Assembly: GCA_045601345.1 (NCBI GenBank)
Contig: JAZRZL010000075.1
Coordinates: 11,040-75,039 of the forward strand
Direction: 5' to 3'
DNA: 64,000 nt
Source of the DNA: Faecousia sp.
Lineage (GTDB): Bacteria > Bacillota > Clostridia > Oscillospirales > Oscillospiraceae
Below the pieces are notes generated by a model that saw only the letters and a program-made list of their open reading frames with translations, did not search any database and was not told the DNA's origin. The stretch's first letter is position 1. Every line of letters begins with the position of its first letter. Below, piece by piece: positions 8,536 through 18,889 of this stretch. Made by a program: the position numbers and the translations under genes.

Positions 8536-9981
8536 TTATTCTTTATACCCGGTTACACCGTTGGCCTGCATCCAAACGAGTTTGGACTGCATCAGTGCAT
8601 CCAATGCGGCGCTTCGCTCTCTGCCGAGTTCTTCGTATTTCTTCTGGATATTGTAAAGGTCGTTATAAGTAAGGTAGGGATAATCGTCCTTGCCGAAGGT
8701 GCCATCGGGCATTTGGCAGTAATGGAGATTGCCGTCTTCCCGAATCCAGCCGTCCTTGGTGTCCTCCAAGCCCAGAAGCATCCGATCTGCCAGCTCGGTC
8801 AGCTCGGGGCGCTGGAGGATGTTGGCATATTCGTAAAGATCAAGCATTTCCGCAAGCTGGTGATTGAGAGAGCAGTGGACAGGCTTTTGGGCGGGCGCAT
8901 AATCCCACACCAGCCAGCCGCCGTTTTCGGTCTCAAAATGGCAATCCTCCGCATGGCGCAGGAAGAAATCCATATAGCGGGAGGCCGGTTCGGTCATTGC
9001 GCCGGTACGGCGGATATGCTTGGAGAAAATGAGCAGCAAATCCGAATTAAAGCGGGTATCATAGTAGCCGGGGTCAATGCCGTAGTCGGCTTTCAACCAT
9101 TCGCTGCCGGACATGGAGGGGAAATAGCCCGCTTCATTCTGCTGGAGGCTCAGGGTATCGAGCATGGCGGCACTCAGAAGCGCGGCACAGCGGGTGCCCT
9201 TGGACTGTCCCTCCATGCTGTTTGCCCCATAGGCGGCAACACAGCGATAAAGAACATTCGTCCCGGTGGGAATATAGTTGTATGCGGCGGGGAAATAATA
9301 GCCGTCATAGCACCAGCGTCCATCTCCTGCGTTGCAGTAGGTGGACCAGAGATGCATCACATTTTCTCTTTCGGTGTCAAGTAAAGCGGGCTCTCCCTCG
9401 CCCTTGACCAGTGTATAGTCGCAGACCTCCCCGGCACCCAGATAGGAGCCGTACATCTGGACACGCCAGCCCTTGCGGGATTTCTGAATGGAGAGAAAGC
9501 CTGTGCTGCCAGTCAGTTGGAGGCTGTTATTCTCCAAAGGCTTATAGCCCATGGGAGGATAATAAAAGAAATCCGCACCTTCTCCGTCAATGTACACGCA
9601 AGGGGAATTCAGCTGCATGGTATCAAGCGCCGTGGTCTTCCAGTAGGACGATTCCCGATCATAGTACCAGATGGTTCCGGCTGTACAGGGAAGCACATCC
9701 TCCCGAATCAAATGGTAGCGGGATTCCCGTTTCTGCGCACACATTCTGCCGAAGATCACGGTGCCGGTATCCATTTCATAGCACCGCTCACTTTTCGAAA
9801 GATTGCCCAAATAGGATACACTCTCGATCCCTGTTACCTGTGCCTCTCCATTGAAGCGGGAGAAAACCTCCTTCTCTGGCCGGAAGCCCCGGCGAAGAGT
9901 GCAAATCAGAAAAAGTGCCGCAACGAGCAGCACAATTGCAGTAAGAAATAAAACCCAGCGCCGTTTGTTCGAATGTTTCAT
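8536..9981 (-). CDS. N-terminally membrane-anchored protein of unknown function
   Basis: Single TM segment (WVLFLTAIVLLVAALFLICTL) and an AAGGAG RBS. The C-terminal region (SLNHQLAEMLDLYEY...) faintly recalls C5-epimerase-like alpha/alpha folds. Function not supported. Confidence 0.5.
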   Translation of the reverse strand: MKHSNKRRWVLFLTAIVLLVAALFLICTLRRGFRPEKEVFSRFNGEAQVTGIESVSYLGNLSKSERCYEMDTGTVIFGRMCAQKRESRYHLIREDVLPCTAGTIWYYDRESSYWKTTALDTMQLNSPCVYIDGEGADFFYYPPMGYKPLENNSLQLTGSTGFLSIQKSRKGWRVQMYGSYLGAGEVCDYTLVKGEGEPALLDTERENVMHLWSTYCNAGDGRWCYDGYYFPAAYNYIPTGTNVLYRCVAAYGANSMEGQSKGTRCAALLSAAMLDTLSLQQNEAGYFPSMSGSEWLKADYGIDPGYYDTRFNSDLLLIFSKHIRRTGAMTEPASRYMDFFLRHAEDCHFETENGGWLVWDYAPAQKPVHCSLNHQLAEMLDLYEYANILQRPELTELADRMLLGLEDTKDGWIREDGNLHYCQMPDGTFGKDDYPYLTYNDLYNIQKKYEELGRERSAALDALMQSKLVWMQANGVTGYKE

Positions 9982-10140
9982 AATTTTTTCTCCTTAAACT
10001 GAAAGAACCCTAGCTCTGTCTTCCGCCTCCCAGTTGCATAGCATTTGCAGAAAAATGCAAATGATCTTCATTATCTTTCAGGATTTTCTTCCAGTTTTTT
10101 CTATTTTTTTGCCGTTTCATACAGTTTATTATTTTTGTTT

Positions 10141-10169
10141 ATCGTAGCATATGGAGTGCATCATGTCAA
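10141..10169 (-). promoter_or_regulatory. candidate promoter for the 8536-9981 gene
   Basis: Minus strand reads TTGACA, 17 nt, TACGAT. The -35 lies 18 bp outside the left end of repeat copy R1. Confidence 0.4.
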
Positions 10170-10187
10170 GAAGGGAGATCGCATAAG

Positions 10188-10454
10188 CTGTGGTAATTGA
10201 ATGTGTTAAGAAAATATGGACATCGGGTACGTTATGTCAACTGCGCACAACAGGGCAGTGGGCGGTTTTCCATGGCAGTAAATTAACAAGCCCTTGGTAG
10301 GCGGCGGATGAGGTTGGCTTCCTAAGATTGAGCGCTTCCTATGTTAGGAAGGTTTTCGGTTTTGGCAGTGCATCCAATGACCTCTTCCTTGGCTTCTACC
10401 GCCATTGGAGACGGTTCGTCTGTTCATAATTTGTTCACTCATTCAATTGCTGTG
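10188..10454 (+). mobile_element. MITE-like repeat copy R1 (outer TIR at both ends; the first core hairpin is deleted)
   Basis: Ends are GTAATTGAATGTGTTAAGAAAATATGGAC and the reverse complement GCAATTGAATGAGTGAACAAATTATGAAC. Flanked by TCGCATAAG (10179-10187) and TAGCATAAG (10455-10463). Confidence 0.75.
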
Positions 10455-10546
10455 TAGCATAAGTTTCATAAGTGCATTTTGCTGTTGAGACCATTCGGGA
10501 TTTAGGTGCAGCCGGCTGATTGCCGCGCCTCTTGTGTTTCTCTGCT

Positions 10547-10580
10547 AAAAAAGCCGCAGCCGGAATATACCGACTGCGGC
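10547..10580 (-). terminator. rho-independent terminator of the 2259-aa gene
   Basis: Minus strand: GCCGCAG..CTGCGGC stem followed by TTTTTT. Confidence 0.55.
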
Positions 10581-10614
10581 CTGATCGGGTTATATGATTT
10601 TACTATGAGAATGC

Positions 10615-13600
10615 TTACTTTGCAGCGCTCTGTGCCAAATCGGTATAGACGGTAACTGTCTCACCGGCGGCGTTCAGGCATTTAAGATAGCCAACAGCGT
10701 AGAGATCCTTCAAGGCCGTGCCGGCGCTCAGGTTCAGATTCAGGGTATAGCTGCCGGTGGTGCGGACTGCGGCTACGGTGTTGCTTCTGATATTGCTGCC
10801 ATCCACATTTTCCAGCGCCAAGCTTTCAGAACGGGTCGGGTCATAGGTTCTCACAAAACCGGCCTCCACGGGCTGATAGCCGCGTGAAAGCTCCCAGCGG
10901 ACAATCAGCTTGAGCTGCTGGCCGCCGCCGGCAAGGTCAATTCTGTCCGTAATCTCCAGAGACACCAGCGGCATAAGCTGCACAGGCACTGCCTCATAAT
11001 GTGCGACGATTACTGTATTGCTCTTGAGATAGAACTTATAGGCTACAGAATCGCTGACCTTTTTTCCGTTGAGATACCAGCCGGAGAAGAACTTCCCCTG
11101 CTCTGGCTCTGCGGCCTGCACGGTAATAAGATCATTATAGCGATACTGGCCATCCTTTTTAAGGCCGCCAATGATCGAACCGTTGGTTATATTCAATGAA
11201 TAAACAGCTTGATCTACCTTCGTGGTAGAGAATTCTGTTTCACCGATTGTGACGCAGGCCGTGTAGGTCACATAGCCTTCCGGCACAGGCGAAGCGCTCA
11301 CCGTAGCGGGAAGAATCTGTTCCCCTTCATCGCAATCGGCACACCTGCAAATGGCCTCGGCATAATAACCGCCGTTGGTGAGCGTCCAATTCCAATAGGC
11401 AACGCCGGTATAGCGGTGCTCATGCACAGGAGTAAGCGTATAGGTAAAGTACACCACATCGCTATCCTGCTTTCCGTCCTCCGCAGCATAGGCTGTCAAG
11501 GTAACGGTCATAGGATTTGCGTCATCGTCCCAATCAATTTCAATAGGCTCAGTATAGACAGCCGCTTCGCCGCCATGCAGGGTGTAGGTAATTTTCGCAT
11601 TTTCAGCTGCGGACAGCACCAGCTTAACCGAATGCTTGTCTTGTACACGAACCGTCACCGTGTCACCGCTGTCCGCATCCATTGCAATGCCGTTGACAAT
11701 CAGGTTGGCAGTCGGCTGCATTGCCTGCGGGGTAGGCTGTACCCAGATGGAAGCAGCAACCGTAGTGACTGTATCAAGCGTATAGATATCGGAGGACAAA
11801 GTTCCCGTGGCCATAATATTATAGCCATTCAAGCTGGCGGTATATGCTTCCAGCGTCCAATCAATGACATCTACCTCATCCACCGTATTATCCGCCAGCT
11901 TCGCAGTGACCTTTGCAGGGAGTGCCTGAATGATCTCCTCCTCGGTACTGCCGTAGGGCATCGGCGCAACAGTGGGCATCATGACCTCTGTTACCGGGGT
12001 GGCCGCTGTAGTCGGAAAGGTAATCATCAGCTTCGTGACCAAATCTCCCTCTTTTTCTGCGGTGCAGACAGCAGGAATGACTGTGCCATCTTCGGTGATA
12101 ACCTTATACACCACATCTGATGCGAGAATAAAGCTGCCGGAGAGCGCCACGGTCTGCGGAACCTGCTGATCGACAATCATGCCGCCCTGCATATTCTCCC
12201 GGTCTATGGTCAGGGTAGCCGTATAGTCGGTATTGTAATACGCCGTGGTTTTTGAAGATGTCCCCGTGGGAGACCACGTAGCACGGATGCCATCGGTCAC
12301 TGCCCAGTTATTTTCAATCGTAGCGACACAGCTCACATATTCGGGCAGCTTTTCGCCTCCGGCAGGAGCCGTGCTAAACACAATCGCCAGATTATGGATC
12401 ACCGGCTTGTAGCTTAGTGTCAGATCAATATCGCCGTCCGGCATGGTAAAGAACAGGATACCGTCTTCAATAGAAATATCCTCTATCGCAATTCCCGCAG
12501 CATCCATCACTTCCATAAATTGCTCTGCCGTAACAGCAGGAATGGGAAGCGCTGCTTCCTCGTATGCCGCACAGCAATAGGTGATGGTAGAGGAACCGAC
12601 CGAGAAATTGGTAGCGGCAGAAGTGTTGCTGTCGATGGCATGGATGTTAATCTTATGTATCTGCGCGGGCTGATAGCCATCAATGTAGCAGCCTACCTGC
12701 ACCACAGCGCTGCCGTCGGCATGGACGATGCCGTTCAGGTCGTAATAAATGGGATGTATTTGAATTCCTATGCCATTGCGATTACTCACACGAGCATCTA
12801 TTTGGACATTGAGCGCAGAATCGAAAGGCACAAGTGCATCATTCTGCGGCTGGCCGATGTAGACAAGCTCCTTTGCCTCATCCACCGGCAGAGAAACGGT
12901 AGCAATTGCGATCTCGTTATTCTCACCCATTGTCCATGTAACAGGTACAGTTACCTGCTTATCGGTGTATACCTCCGCGCCCAGTGCCTTTACAGCAGTC
13001 AGTGTTGCTGTTTTTGGCAGAGTTTGGCTGCCTTCGACCTCATCAAGCGTCAGCTTTACGGCATTGCTCTTTTCAAAGTAATTTGCGCGGAGAATATACC
13101 GTGCATTGTCAGAAATGCACAGGGTATTGGAACGGGCATTCAGATCCAGCCCCACCAGTTTTGTCATATCCCCCGTAACGACTTCCCAATTCTTAAAGGT
13201 CATGGTCTCTACAGCAGGTGCTTCCAGCGTGAAGGGTTCATCTGTCTCATAGCTGATCACCTGTGTCAGAGTTCCGCCATTGCCATCAGGATAGATACAC
13301 AGTACGCGCTGATCCTCCGCCACTGTGATGCCGATCTCATGGGTTGCGCTGCGAATTCCATCGTGGATAGCATAAGTATGTAAGGTAAACGCTGCGCCCG
13401 CTTCGCTGAACAGCGAGATCGGGCCGCAGTAGGGATGCCAATCGGTATCCGAGACGTGATCGCCCAGCTTCTGATAGAAAATACCGGCACCGTTATCCGT
13501 ATCGTTGGGGACACGCAGGGTAAGCCTTGGATCAGAGCCGGAAACGAAAATACTTGCCTCGTTCTCTTCCCCGGTGTTCGGTGCTTCGACGGAAGATACC

Positions 13601-16600
13601 GTGGCACACGTGTCCATAACCACAAATCCGGTCTCATTCTGATAGTAGTCATCATAGCTTCGAATCCACGCCAAATCAATGGAAGGATTGTGGTTGGCAA
13701 GAATGCGGGAAATATTATAAACCAGTGTACCAAGAACATCGTTGCCCGTTTTTTTGTAATCATCTCTTACATAGTCTAAAAGCAGACAGCCTGCGACCTT
13801 GGAGTATTTTTTCAGCACGGCAATCTGTTCATCGGAGAAAATATCCTGAAGGAACACATAGCCCTTAGAGCGATCTGTCTGATACCGATCGGCAACCTCT
13901 TCGTCCTCCAGCTCTTTTTCCGTCGGTACACTGATGGCCGACCAAACGGTATCTATCAGCTCTTCCTCCGTTTTGGCAAAGAAGCTCATGCAAATATCGG
14001 TAATGGTGGCAACGCCAAGGCCAACCACAGCTCCCAAAATATTACCGAATCCGGGCACAAAGGAACCGGCTGCCGCACCGGTCGCAATAGCAGCTGCACA
14101 GACCTCAAGGCTGTCCTGCGCTTGGAGGTAATCAAAATAGTAATCCGTGGCATCAAAGCGATCCTCCAATGTGCTGAGAAGCTCCATCAGCCCATCACTC
14201 TGTTCGGATGTCATATTCAGCAGTACACCCGCGATGTTGGCGATTGCGGTCTCCGGGGTATCATCTCCCAAAGCGACCTGTGAGAAGCTCATGCGGTACA
14301 GCTTGTCAATTATGACAATCACCGTTTCTTCTTCATTGTTTTCGTTAACAACCACATCCTCATATCCGACGAAGTTCATGGATTTGTCCTGGAGATCTCC
14401 CAAAAAGTAGGGAATAAAGTCGGCTGTATTGCGTTTATCTGACGGAATACTGGTCATGAAGCTGCTGTCTTCATCAAGCATTTGCCAGCCATAGCTGCCA
14501 AAGAGCGTGTTGCCGAAATAGGAAATGGTTGCCGTATGGAAGTAGTCATTGAAAATGGTATCATGGCCGTCAATACACTTGAGCTGCTGGAGCATCTTCT
14601 GCTTCTGCGTATTGTAGTTGCCAGCACCCACCTTGAATGCGCTGTTATCGCGCCATGTCTTAAAGGTATGCTCCACGGCGCTTTTTGCGTCTTCCCCGAT
14701 CACATAATATTTGCCGGTGCTGCTCTTCGGCGCTGTCGCATTTGGTTCACCCGGGATATAGTGATCCACACCGTAGCGATGGAAGCCCATGGCAGAGGGT
14801 GCCACCTGCGGAACCAAATCGCCGTTGTTGATGATATTGTGAATGCAGAAATACTTCTCGGTATTTTCGCGGACAGTGCTCATACCGCCCTGCGGTGCCT
14901 CAAAGGTATAGATAAAGGAACGCTGACCCTCCGTATCGAAATGATCCACAATCCGTGCGCCGGTCAGGTTGCTGGTTGCACCGGCACGGGAGAAACCGGC
15001 TACCCAGAAAATGGTATTTTCATCATTGCCGTCAATGCCCCTGTCCTTCATGTAGTGGGTCAGTTCGCTAAAGACCGTATCTGCCGCAGAAGCAAAGCCC
15101 TTGGCCTCGCCTTCAAAGCCAACGGTCATGTTGCTTACCCATTCCTGCTCATAGTTGGAACCGCGCACACCGATGATGACCAGCTTCTTCTGCTCGTCAC
15201 CTAAGGAAATATCCTTGCTGCCGATGGCCACACCGATGGTGAATTTCCCGGGCTTCTGAATGTTGGAATCATTCAGGTAAATGTCACTTTCCTTCACACC
15301 AATATCGCTGAGGAACTGGCGAATATTGTTGGATTTGACTGGATAGAAGGTTCCGTTTCCGTCGCTGTTATAAAGCACGGCATCCTTGCTGCCATCGTTG
15401 GAGTAGAAGGCCGAGATTGCCAGATGCATGGAGGCCGTTGACAGATGGGTGTCATAGTTTTTCGGGTCACGGTCAAAATAGCCATCAGAGTAGAAGAAGG
15501 TACTGGTGATGTCCTTCGTGGCATCATCCAGCGCGGGGAACTCCGCCACACCCTGATAGAGGGGATAGCTGCGTCCATTCTCGCTGATGTAGGGGTCTGC
15601 CAGCTTTCTCGTGCGGCTGTTGGTGTTCGTGATATCATTGTTCGGTACCAGGACGGTGGTAGGGATGGCCGGGTACTTCCGAGCGATATAATTCGCACTG
15701 TTTTCCCCTTTGACCAGCTTCAGAATTTGATCCGTGTATGCCACATGATAGCCGTTATCATCGGAATAGAACATCCGCTCATCGTATTCACCTGCGACCT
15801 TGGTAATGTCTGTTGCAGCACCGCTCATCCAGAGCCAAACCTCCGAGCCTTTGGTGAGGGAGGGGTAGAGGCGGGCATACATGGTGTTATAATAACCCAG
15901 ATAAAGATCATCCTTCGACTTTTCATCGGAGCTATTGTTCTTGATGATGCACTTGCCGCTCAGCGCCATATTTACAGTACCCAGCACATACACACCGCCG
16001 CCGGACCAGCCATCGGTATAGCTGTAGTTTCCTGTAACTGTCACATCGCGCAGCTCGCAGCCGTCGTTGTCTACAAACACGCCGCCACCCTCACTGCGGG
16101 ACCAGTTCTTCCAGATATTGCAGTTGGCTAGTGTGATATGCTCCATATTCAGGAGAATGCCCGCACCTCTGCCGCACCAGGTAGCATTCAGGCCAAAGCC
16201 CAGCGCAAGGTTCTTGATGAGGTTCAGACCGCTGACGCTTACCTTGTCATCATCTACATAGATACCGCCGCCACCGCCGTCAAAGTCACTGTTGGTGACA
16301 ATGTTATAGGCCAAGGTACTGGTTTTACCGGCTGTGCTGATGTGCTTGGAGCTGCTGTTTTCCGTGCGGCTCCAGAACGGATTGTGGTCTCCGTTCATAT
16401 TGGCATAAGGATTTGCGGTATAGGTCATGATTTCCCAGTTCGCGGGGTATTCGGGGTCATTTGGCTCCAGACACTGGGCATCACCGGCAATGACTGCGCC
16501 TTCACCGTCAATGGCAATACCGCCGCCATTATCATAGCCCAGATTGTAGTCCACATGGCTGCGCGTCATATAGACCTTGCAGTAATCGCCGCCGATGTAA

Positions 16601-17394
16601 ATGCCGCCGCCATCATCATCCTCTGCATTGTTGTAGGCAATCCGGCTGTCCACAAGCGTGAGCTTCTGATAGTTCTTGGACATGGCAATGCCGCCGCCGC
16701 TGTTATCGGCAATGTTGCCCGCAACGGTTACATCATACAGCGCAACATTGGCCTTTTCGCCGCTCATATGGATGCCGCCGCCCGCATCACTGCTCCAACC
16801 GCCGCAAAGAAGGCCACCGCTGACAGGATAGGCCGCATCATTGTTCTTATAGCAGACCTCTCTTTCATCATAATCAAAATAGCAAAGATGCCAGACCAAA
16901 TTTCTGGAGGCCGTACCGCTTCGCTGCGCCAGACCGGAATTGTCAAAATAGGTACCGGCAATCTTTTCCTCGCTGTCCTCGGGCATCGTGACGGTATCCC
17001 CGTCAAGCGTCCATGCCTGTCTGCCGCCGTAAACCGTCAGGGCTGCATTGGCACGCACATCGAAAATAGCACCGTCACTATGCTCTGTACTATTTTGCCG
17101 GTAAAGCTTATGTCCATTCAGCTCCACCGTGCGGCTGCCGCTCCCCACATTTAACCGTGAGGACATATGCTTGTCTGCCAAAAGACCGACCGTATCACCG
17201 TTACGTGACGCATTCCAAGCGGCTAAAAAGTCTGCGTAATAGGAGATTTTCCCGCTTTGCGCATCAATACGATAGGCCTTTTGCGGGTCGGAATCCGCTG
17301 CCTGCACTGGGAGGGAAAAAAGCGATATTGCCATACACATTGCCAGCAACAGACTGATCCCGCGCCTCCAATAATTTTTTCTGTTTTTTTTCAT
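10615..17394 (-). CDS. giant secreted protein: signal peptide, right-handed beta-helix (GGGI repeats), lipase class-3-like alpha/beta-hydrolase region, Ig-like domains, Listeria-Bacteroides repeat
   Basis: Signal peptide ends LFSLPVQA-AD. At least eight xGGG(I/V) beta-helix-type repeats. VIIGVRGS...WVAGFSRAGATSNL resembles a lipase nucleophile elbow. FFSGWYLNG matches the Flg_new-type repeat. No SLH or LPXTG motif. Confidence 0.7.
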   Translation of the reverse strand: MKKNRKNYWRRGISLLLAMCMAISLFSLPVQAADSDPQKAYRIDAQSGKISYYADFLAAWNASRNGDTVGLLADKHMSSRLNVGSGSRTVELNGHKLYRQNSTEHSDGAIFDVRANAALTVYGGRQAWTLDGDTVTMPEDSEEKIAGTYFDNSGLAQRSGTASRNLVWHLCYFDYDEREVCYKNNDAAYPVSGGLLCGGWSSDAGGGIHMSGEKANVALYDVTVAGNIADNSGGGIAMSKNYQKLTLVDSRIAYNNAEDDDGGGIYIGGDYCKVYMTRSHVDYNLGYDNGGGIAIDGEGAVIAGDAQCLEPNDPEYPANWEIMTYTANPYANMNGDHNPFWSRTENSSSKHISTAGKTSTLAYNIVTNSDFDGGGGGIYVDDDKVSVSGLNLIKNLALGFGLNATWCGRGAGILLNMEHITLANCNIWKNWSRSEGGGVFVDNDGCELRDVTVTGNYSYTDGWSGGGVYVLGTVNMALSGKCIIKNNSSDEKSKDDLYLGYYNTMYARLYPSLTKGSEVWLWMSGAATDITKVAGEYDERMFYSDDNGYHVAYTDQILKLVKGENSANYIARKYPAIPTTVLVPNNDITNTNSRTRKLADPYISENGRSYPLYQGVAEFPALDDATKDITSTFFYSDGYFDRDPKNYDTHLSTASMHLAISAFYSNDGSKDAVLYNSDGNGTFYPVKSNNIRQFLSDIGVKESDIYLNDSNIQKPGKFTIGVAIGSKDISLGDEQKKLVIIGVRGSNYEQEWVSNMTVGFEGEAKGFASAADTVFSELTHYMKDRGIDGNDENTIFWVAGFSRAGATSNLTGARIVDHFDTEGQRSFIYTFEAPQGGMSTVRENTEKYFCIHNIINNGDLVPQVAPSAMGFHRYGVDHYIPGEPNATAPKSSTGKYYVIGEDAKSAVEHTFKTWRDNSAFKVGAGNYNTQKQKMLQQLKCIDGHDTIFNDYFHTATISYFGNTLFGSYGWQMLDEDSSFMTSIPSDKRNTADFIPYFLGDLQDKSMNFVGYEDVVVNENNEEETVIVIIDKLYRMSFSQVALGDDTPETAIANIAGVLLNMTSEQSDGLMELLSTLEDRFDATDYYFDYLQAQDSLEVCAAAIATGAAAGSFVPGFGNILGAVVGLGVATITDICMSFFAKTEEELIDTVWSAISVPTEKELEDEEVADRYQTDRSKGYVFLQDIFSDEQIAVLKKYSKVAGCLLLDYVRDDYKKTGNDVLGTLVYNISRILANHNPSIDLAWIRSYDDYYQNETGFVVMDTCATVSSVEAPNTGEENEASIFVSGSDPRLTLRVPNDTDNGAGIFYQKLGDHVSDTDWHPYCGPISLFSEAGAAFTLHTYAIHDGIRSATHEIGITVAEDQRVLCIYPDGNGGTLTQVISYETDEPFTLEAPAVETMTFKNWEVVTGDMTKLVGLDLNARSNTLCISDNARYILRANYFEKSNAVKLTLDEVEGSQTLPKTATLTAVKALGAEVYTDKQVTVPVTWTMGENNEIAIATVSLPVDEAKELVYIGQPQNDALVPFDSALNVQIDARVSNRNGIGIQIHPIYYDLNGIVHADGSAVVQVGCYIDGYQPAQIHKINIHAIDSNTSAATNFSVGSSTITYCCAAYEEAALPIPAVTAEQFMEVMDAAGIAIEDISIEDGILFFTMPDGDIDLTLSYKPVIHNLAIVFSTAPAGGEKLPEYVSCVATIENNWAVTDGIRATWSPTGTSSKTTAYYNTDYTATLTIDRENMQGGMIVDQQVPQTVALSGSFILASDVVYKVITEDGTVIPAVCTAEKEGDLVTKLMITFPTTAATPVTEVMMPTVAPMPYGSTEEEIIQALPAKVTAKLADNTVDEVDVIDWTLEAYTASLNGYNIMATGTLSSDIYTLDTVTTVAASIWVQPTPQAMQPTANLIVNGIAMDADSGDTVTVRVQDKHSVKLVLSAAENAKITYTLHGGEAAVYTEPIEIDWDDDANPMTVTLTAYAAEDGKQDSDVVYFTYTLTPVHEHRYTGVAYWNWTLTNGGYYAEAICRCADCDEGEQILPATVSASPVPEGYVTYTACVTIGETEFSTTKVDQAVYSLNITNGSIIGGLKKDGQYRYNDLITVQAAEPEQGKFFSGWYLNGKKVSDSVAYKFYLKSNTVIVAHYEAVPVQLMPLVSLEITDRIDLAGGGQQLKLIVRWELSRGYQPVEAGFVRTYDPTRSESLALENVDGSNIRSNTVAAVRTTGSYTLNLNLSAGTALKDLYAVGYLKCLNAAGETVTVYTDLAQSAAK

Positions 17395-17566
17395 GAATGG
17401 TTCTACCTTCTTTCTTAAATTTCATCCTTGCCCCGGGGAAATCCATGGTCTCATAGTGTCATTATATCATTTTTTTAAGCGTTGGCAATAAAATCCTGCG
17501 GATTGCAGAACAAAATTTTGATGAAATTAATTAAATTTCTTTTCCTTTCAAGATTGTGCCGAACAG

Positions 17567-17704
17567 CACGGTAATTGAATGCCCTGCCAAAACAGAAAAT
17601 CTTCCTAACATAGAAAGCGCTCCGTCTTAGAAAGCCAACCTCATCCGCCGCCTGCGGGCGGCACCGGCAAGGGCGGTTAACTTAACGCCATTGAAAACCG
17701 TCCC
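17567..17704 (-). repeat. repeat copy R2 (15-nt outer-TIR stub, core H, inner TIR)
   Basis: CACGGTAATTGAATG, then ...CTTCCTAACATAGAAAGCG...ACCTCATCCGCCGCCTGCGGGCGGCAC...TTAACTTAACGCCATTGAAAACCGTCCCC. Confidence 0.75.
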
Positions 17705-17808
17705 CTCCATAAAAAGGGAATCTTGGGTAGACTTCCAATCCAATATAGATTATACTTGTCATTAGTGATTCCCATTATATTACCCGGAATTAAAGGAGGA
17801 ACATCCAT

Positions 17809-18387
17809 ATGGATGCCCATACGAACGATATTGCCGCAAAGCTTCGCCGGTGGGAAACCTATCTTACGAATTATCGGCTTCCTGATTGGGAGGAAATTCC
17901 AAACTTTGGCCTTTATATGGAGCAGGTTTTGCAGCTTCTTACAGATTATCTCGACTATCTGCCCCCGGAATTGAAGGCAGAGCAGTTTATCACTGCCGCG
18001 ACCGTCAACAATTATGTCCGCAACCGCTATATGCCCAGCCCGCAGAAGAAAAAATACTATCGTGTTCACATTGCCTATCTGGTCATGATCTGCTCTCTCA
18101 AGCAGCGGCTGAATATTTCCACAATCCACAGAATGATCCCCATGGGTATTCCAGAGGAACAGGTGAAGTCCATCTACACCTCCTATGTGACCCAGCATAG
18201 AACCACCGCGAAATACTTTATTGAGCAGGTCAAGGTCATCGCCGCCCCCATTCTGGGGCACCCGGAGCGACAAACAGAGGATTCCGTTGATAACGGAAAC
18301 GATCTCATCTCCATTTCCGCTATCACCAGCTGCCTGTCAGGTCTTTTGGCGGAGAAGCTTCTTTATCTCAGCGACATCTATAAATAA
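17809..18387 (+). CDS. DUF1836 domain protein
   Basis: LPDWEEIPNFGLYMEQV...ITAATVNNYVRNRYMPSPQKKKYYRVHIAYLVMICSLKQ matches my recollection of the DUF1836 pattern. AAGGAGG RBS. Confidence 0.65.
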   Translation: MDAHTNDIAAKLRRWETYLTNYRLPDWEEIPNFGLYMEQVLQLLTDYLDYLPPELKAEQFITAATVNNYVRNRYMPSPQKKKYYRVHIAYLVMICSLKQRLNISTIHRMIPMGIPEEQVKSIYTSYVTQHRTTAKYFIEQVKVIAAPILGHPERQTEDSVDNGNDLISISAITSCLSGLLAEKLLYLSDIYK

Positions 18388-18826
18388 AAGAGAATCAGGG
18401 ACAGAACGATTTTCTCGGCAAAACCGAAAAATAGCTCTGTCCCCGATTCTGTACGGGGAAAATATAAAAGGAGAAAATAATTGTGGGTATGTTCTTTGTT
18501 GTTTTTCCAATTCCAGAGGTCGTGTTGAAATCAGAAAAGGCAACAAAAACCAGAATCTCGGAATCTGCAGCTAAGCATTCTCTTAATAACCGCACCTCAA
18601 GAGATGGACAAAGTATAGCAAAAAATCGTCAAAAAGTCAATTGCTTTAATGGAAAAAAATGGGTAATTTATGGCAATAATTCTGTTGCGCTTGGAAACGA
18701 AGCTGTAATCCTGTTAAAAATGGATTGCAATATGCACGAACGCTTTATATATATCTGTATGCAACCTGTCTCAGTACAGGTACACGCATAGACATAGGAA
18801 AATTTTTTCAAAATCGAAACAAAAGG

Positions 18827-18855
18827 TTGTCAAAGGTAACAAAACAGTGTATACT
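18827..18855 (+). promoter_or_regulatory. candidate promoter of the SLH-protein gene
   Basis: TTGTCA, 17 nt, TATACT, ending about 35 nt before the ATG at 18890. Confidence 0.4.
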
Positions 18856-18889
18856 ATTAAAGATTATGACCTGAAAGGAAGATTTCTTT

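Noticed and set aside
17384-17391. Homopolymer (A8 on the coding strand) right after the ATG of the giant gene, as a possible phase-variation tract
   Set aside because: It simply encodes Lys-Lys-Asn in a typical signal-peptide n-region. Eight residues is short for slipped-strand switching, and there is no supporting evidence in the window.
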